The translations under genes were made by a program, and so were the position numbers. A stretch of 20,000 nucleotides of DNA from an uncultured virus (IMG/VR IMGVR_UViG_3300026250_000004) (taxonomy: Duplodnaviria > Heunggongvirae > Uroviricota > Caudoviricetes): the IMG/VR virus record IMGVR_UViG_3300026250_000004; one strand, written 5' to 3'. Shown here piece by piece: positions 16,576-20,000 of this stretch. Under the pieces are notes generated by a model. It was not told the origin of the DNA and ran no database searches. It saw nothing but the letters and a program-made list of their open reading frames with translations. How positions within the stretch are numbered: position 1 is the first letter of the stretch; every line of letters begins with the position of its first letter.

Positions 16576-16654
16576 CAGCCTTAAAATATTTAAACGGGCA
16601 GGCGGCAAGGCTAACCGCTTTTCGGCCCGGATGATCAGTCCAGACCTAGCCCGC
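16576..16654 (-). ncRNA. C4/c4-2-like structured RNA element (copy 2) upstream of the replication initiator
   Basis: GCGGGC TAG GTCTGGA CTGATCA TCCGGGC CGAAAA GCGGT TAGCCT TGCCGC CT GCCCGT; loop TAGCCTT is complementary to AAGGCTG at 16576-16582. Confidence 0.6.
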
Positions 16655-16665
16655 AAAAATGCATA

Positions 16666-16690
16666 TAAAAAGCCGCCCTTTCGAGCGGCT
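16666..16690 (-). terminator. Intrinsic terminator in the initiator leader
   Basis: Minus strand AGCCGCTC-GAAA-GGGCGGCT-TTTTA. Confidence 0.65.
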
Positions 16691-16897
16691 CGCTACCTCT
16701 ATGATTTTTTTCTCTCCTGACAACTCTCTCTAGTATATACTATATATGCATATTTTCTGCTTGTATAGGCGGGAAACGTGCGATAGGCGTGTAAAAAACG
16801 TGCAGTTTTTGATTTTTGACCTGGCAGAGGCGGCGGCTTGCATTTTTTGCTTCTGGTGCGTACAATATACATATATACTTTTTGGAGGTTTTTGAAA

Positions 16898-17095
16898 ATG
16901 GCCATAAAAGATGGACGTTTATTCCTGCGCTTTGACCCGGCGGAGAAGGCGCGGCTGGAAAAGCTGGCTGAAGAATTTGCAAAACTGCGGCCGGAGGGAG
17001 CTTATACCGTGTCAAGTATCTGCCGGGCTGCGATATTTGAGAAAATGGACGAGATGGAAAAGGAGCTCAAAGCCCTGAAAAAGCCCGGAAAATAG
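16898..17095 (+). CDS. Ribbon-helix-helix (CopG/Arc-like) transcriptional regulator, 65 aa
   Basis: RBS GGAGG, ATG 16898; RLFLRF strand, AEKARLEKLAEE helix, TVSSICRAAIFE helix; divergent from the initiator gene. Confidence 0.7.
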   Translation: MAIKDGRLFLRFDPAEKARLEKLAEEFAKLRPEGAYTVSSICRAAIFEKMDEMEKELKALKKPGK

Positions 17096-17125
17096 CAGTT
17101 TTGCTATGCATTGCCGCACCCTGTT

Positions 17126-17155
17126 GGCTGCCTTTTGGTGGCCTTTTTTGTTTTT
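17126..17155 (+). terminator. Intrinsic terminator after the RHH gene
   Basis: GGCTGCC-TTTT-GGTGGCC-TTTTTTGTTTTT. Confidence 0.6.
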
Positions 17156-17254
17156 GCAAGATAAATACCTTAAAAACTTTTCGACAAATTTATACAATGC
17201 CTATATATCGGGCTTTGCGAGCATCCGGAAAATAAAAATAATACCGTTTTAGTG

Positions 17255-17283
17255 TTGACAGCGTGCGCACTAGGGTATATAAT
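17255..17283 (+). promoter_or_regulatory. Consensus sigma-70/sigma-A early promoter
   Basis: TTGACA (17255-17260), 17-bp spacer, TATAAT (17278-17283), with an A/T-rich UP-like tract upstream. Confidence 0.9.
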
Positions 17284-17350
17284 ATAGTCAAGAGGTACAC
17301 AAACAGCCCGGCAGCTCTCAGGGAGCGGGGCAGGAAAGGGAGGATATGGG

Positions 17351-17737
17351 ATGGAAAAGAAATTTATTGGTATTGTTAAGGATGACATGAAAACTCTGGA
17401 TACCCAGTATACCGGCAAATTCGCAACCTATAAGGAAGCCCATGAAGCAGCCGAGAAACTCTGCAAGCGGACCTATGGCGACCGGGGCAGCATTGACGTT
17501 ATCGACATTACCCTGAATTTCGCACCAGCCGGGACCTGGTGGAACGGAGGCCAGGAACAGATTGAAAAAGACGGCAAAACCTACGCCCTGTACGGCTGGA
17601 ACGGTGAAAGCTATACGGACTCTTGGCAGGTAATTGACCGCACCGAATTTGCCGGGAAATATGACATCTGCCCGGTTTATCAGCAGACAGGCGAAGATGA
17701 ATTTGAGATCGTTGACTATGAGATCAGGGAAAGATAA
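17351..17737 (+). CDS. Acidic early protein with WW..GWNGES domain (candidate anti-defence protein)
   Basis: First gene after the promoter, RBS GGGAGG; C-terminal ~70 aa homologous to the C-terminus of 19003-19797. Confidence 0.75.
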   Translation: MEKKFIGIVKDDMKTLDTQYTGKFATYKEAHEAAEKLCKRTYGDRGSIDVIDITLNFAPAGTWWNGGQEQIEKDGKTYALYGWNGESYTDSWQVIDRTEFAGKYDICPVYQQTGEDEFEIVDYEIRER

Positions 17738-17738
17738 T

Positions 17739-17794
17739 CGCAGAGTGACGGGCCATCCGGCCCGGTAATGCGGCAAGCCGGTCACAAGCCCGGC
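17739..17794 (+). ncRNA. Twister self-cleaving ribozyme, circularly permuted (P5-type topology)
   Basis: CGCA GA GUGA CGGGCC-AUCC-GGCCCG G UAA UGCG GC AA GCCGG UCAC AA GC CCGGC: P1, P2, P4, pseudoknots T1 and T2, the conserved UAA and the catalytic GA are all present. Confidence 0.88.
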
Positions 17795-17823
17795 TAAAGC
17801 CCAAAATGAAAGGGGATAGAAGC

Positions 17824-18045
17824 ATGACTCACGAACAGATGATAGAAAAAGCATGGAGATTTATTTATGACTTACAGATCACCGACGAAAAAGAAAAACT
17901 CACAGATGAAGGTTATTTGGTGGAAAACGTTTATCAAGTTCGCGATGCTTACTACGCTGATTTGGAAAGCGGCCACGACTTTGACGGGGAAGATCTGGAA
18001 GGCTTTTTCGCCCGGCACGGCATCAAAGAGATCTGCGAGAGATAA
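17824..18045 (+). CDS. Small acidic hypothetical protein (73 aa)
   Basis: RBS AAAGGGG, ATG 17824; Asp/Glu-rich. Confidence 0.7.
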   Translation: MTHEQMIEKAWRFIYDLQITDEKEKLTDEGYLVENVYQVRDAYYADLESGHDFDGEDLEGFFARHGIKEICER

Positions 18046-18229
18046 TTTCCCGCCTTTCCTCAGCCCGCCGCATACCTGGCGGGTTGAGATAAGGGCAGGA
18101 AGCCCTTAGGTGCGCCGCTAGCCCTTACAGTTAGGACCGGCACCAGCACAAGCCGCCGCATAGTACCGTCTATGCACGCCGGGGCGGGATAAAATACCGG
18201 CTTATTATCAAATCTCAGGAGGTACGAAA

Positions 18230-18757
18230 ATGAAAATCACCAACGAGCAGCTAATCCAAATTGCCGCAGTTGACGCAGGCCTCGACCCGTTCGGCGAATA
18301 CCTAACCCGCGACGGGTGGAAGGTAAAAGGTTATAAGGTTCTCAGGGGCGAAAAGCCGGCCCTAGTGCTGGACCTCTGGTGTCCGAGAATCCGCAAATCC
18401 TCAGTAGCGAGCGAAAATGCGGAACCTCAGCAGGGAGAAGAAAAGCCCGGAATGTTCTTCCACTTTAAGACCTGTCACTTGTTCGGCAGAGAGCAGACAA
18501 ACGCACTAGAAAGGGAACGTCTTGCCCAACAAACCGCTGCGCTCCGTATCTATCACGCTTATCACCAGCACAATCCCGAAACCGGATATTTAGAAATTGT
18601 AAAGGGTGCGCCAGAAGTAGCTAAAGTAGCGGCTGAATGGATTAAAACTAGTAAATTAGGCAGTTATATATTCCCGATTGATTTTGTCCAGGCTGAAAAA
18701 GATTTAAAAGAGCAACCGGCAATCAACCAAGGCGCATTGTTTGAAATGGCGATGTAA
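18230..18757 (+). CDS. ArdC-like ssDNA-binding/anti-restriction-related protein
   Basis: YLTRDGWKVKGYKVLRGEKP..LW..FHFKTCHLFGREQT resembles the T..QW...G..V.KGEK...VF...QT core of the ArdC N-terminal domain; RBS AGGAGGT. Confidence 0.55.
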   Translation: MKITNEQLIQIAAVDAGLDPFGEYLTRDGWKVKGYKVLRGEKPALVLDLWCPRIRKSSVASENAEPQQGEEKPGMFFHFKTCHLFGREQTNALERERLAQQTAALRIYHAYHQHNPETGYLEIVKGAPEVAKVAAEWIKTSKLGSYIFPIDFVQAEKDLKEQPAINQGALFEMAM

Positions 18758-18772
18758 GGAGGGGGAAAGAGA

Positions 18773-18904
18773 ATGAAGGAAATTAAAACCTTTTGCAAAA
18801 AATGCCAGTGTTTAGGGATTGATTGCACGGGGATATCTGTTTCAACCGGATTTACGGGATGTATTTATTTTAACAAAACGGAAAAGGCTCAGCCTGCCAG
18901 CTAA
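18773..18904 (+). CDS. Small Cys-rich protein (43 aa)
   Basis: Below the track threshold; RBS AAGGAGGGGG; MKEIKTFCKKCQCLGIDCTGISVSTGFTGCIYFNKTEKAQPAS. Confidence 0.6.
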   Translation: MKEIKTFCKKCQCLGIDCTGISVSTGFTGCIYFNKTEKAQPAS

Positions 18905-19002
18905 GCCAATCCCTCAGAACCACAAGCCGGGGCGAGTGATCCATCACAAGCTCATTTTACCCCGGCTCAGTAAAAAAATCAAATTTGAAAGGGGTAATTG
19001 GA

Positions 19003-19797
19003 ATGGCATATTTTAGCAAAGAAGCATACGAAGGTAAAGAAAGATGGGCGAGAAACCGCATGAGAGAAAATAGTGAGGTTCCAACTTTGTCACCGGAACA
19101 GCATGAGACTTTAGCTTGGTTGTGTACGATCAGGCACGAAATGCATTGCAGTCCAGACAGTTTCTGGGTTGGTGAGTCGGGAGAATACTCTGAATACTGG
19201 GATTATATTGGAAACTCATATGAGGACTCTAAAATTAACGAACAATTAAACGAAGTAGGTTTAAAATCCATACCGTTAATAACTGATACCGAACATATAA
19301 TGGCAGACTATGAAGTTTTCGAGGAATGGGGAGTCGAAAACTTACAAGCATACTATGGACTGCCTGAAGATTATACTGACGAAGACATAGACGAAGCAGC
19401 AGAAAAAGCCAAAGAAGTATTATATGAATTATTGGAACAGACTGACGAAATCATCAGAAAATATCTGGCTGAAATTGATTTAGAATTCGGGACAAATTAT
19501 TGCCCTGGTGGGATGGAGGAGTATGTCTCTGTGCCTGATAGCAGTCCATTTTTCCGGGTTGTTGGTAAATGGTGGGAAGATAAGACCGTTGAGATTATCG
19601 AAAAAGACGGTATCTATTACGGACTAAAGGGTTGGAATGGCGAGTCCTTCGCTGACTCGTTCGTGTTTTATGTAGACGACTATACTCAGGAAACTGAGAT
19701 AGAAGAAGGATATATAATCACTCCTGAATATGATGATGACAATAAATTAATGGATTATATCATCAGGGATGACGAGGTAGAGGACGAGGAGGACTAA
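19003..19797 (+). CDS. acrVA1: AcrVA1-like anti-CRISPR protein fused to a C-terminal acidic WW..GWNGES domain
   Basis: FSKEAYEGKERWARNRMRENSEVPTLSPEQHETLAWLCTIRHEMH and IRKYLAEIDLEFGTNYCPGG match my recollection of AcrVA1 (MSKAMYEAKERYAKKKMQEN..TLTDEQHDALAQLCAFRHKFH ... IEKYLRRIDEEHGTQYCPTG). Start placed at ATG 19003 (RBS AAAGGGGT). Confidence 0.8.
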   Translation: MAYFSKEAYEGKERWARNRMRENSEVPTLSPEQHETLAWLCTIRHEMHCSPDSFWVGESGEYSEYWDYIGNSYEDSKINEQLNEVGLKSIPLITDTEHIMADYEVFEEWGVENLQAYYGLPEDYTDEDIDEAAEKAKEVLYELLEQTDEIIRKYLAEIDLEFGTNYCPGGMEEYVSVPDSSPFFRVVGKWWEDKTVEIIEKDGIYYGLKGWNGESFADSFVFYVDDYTQETEIEEGYIITPEYDDDNKLMDYIIRDDEVEDEED

Positions 19798-19924
19798 AAT
19801 ACCAAACCGCCCCCGGTGGGCTATAGCCCGGTATCTACAAGAGTAGAAATTAAAATCCGGAGGCGGTAAATAAATTGTATCAAGTATATTTAATATTGTC
19901 AATCACTCAGAAGGAAGGGAAACT

Positions 19925-20000
19925 ATGCAAAACAAAGCAGATATAAAGCTAGACTATGCCACAAATGAGGTTTTTGTTTTAGACAAAAAAGGCAAAGAGG
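19925..20000 (+). CDS. Start of next early gene (partial)
   Basis: RBS AGGAAGGGA then ATG 19925, open to the window end (MQNKADIKLDYATNEVFVLDKKGKE). Confidence 0.55.
   Translation, partial: MQNKADIKLDYATNEVFVLDKKGKE

Noticed and set aside
16699..17854. Minus-strand ORFs across the regulatory region and first early gene
   Set aside because: They overlap the promoter, RHH gene, early gene and ribozyme on the plus strand and lack RBS or motif support.
18085..18150. Pistol, twister-sister or hammerhead ribozyme in the second spacer
   Set aside because: TAAGGGC/GCCCTTA resembles the pistol pseudoknot but no P1 stem or AAA linker is present; no CUGANGA/GAAA core; twister-sister motifs are incomplete.
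18819..19016. 65-aa track ORF
   Set aside because: No RBS; overlaps the better-supported 18773-18904 ORF and a hairpin spacer.

Overview
Part of a Firmicutes (Clostridia-like) tailed phage or prophage genome. Bases 1-16551 read on the minus strand. In transcription order they hold a replication initiator with internal iterons, a terminase-small-subunit-like HTH protein, and about 6 kb of accessory cargo (GGQ peptidyl-tRNA hydrolase domain, second head-tail adaptor paralog, C5-methyltransferase-like protein, DUF4406/NDT-like protein, guanylate kinase, metallophosphoesterase, a ~290-nt structured RNA-like element, an atypical tRNA-Thr). The head module follows: terminase large subunit, portal, protease/scaffold, decoration proteins, major capsid and head-completion proteins. 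From 16898 the plus strand carries a ribbon-helix-helix regulator and an early operon behind a perfect sigma-70/sigma-A promoter. This operon looks like an anti-defence island: an AcrVA1-like anti-CRISPR fused to a second acidic domain that is duplicated in the first gene, an ArdC-like protein, small acidic and Cys-rich proteins, and a complete circularly permuted twister ribozyme in the first intergenic spacer. Two C4-like cis-RNA elements with co-varying loop/target complementarity precede the initiator and methyltransferase-like genes. Family assignments come from recognised motifs, recalled sequences and synteny; no database searches were run.
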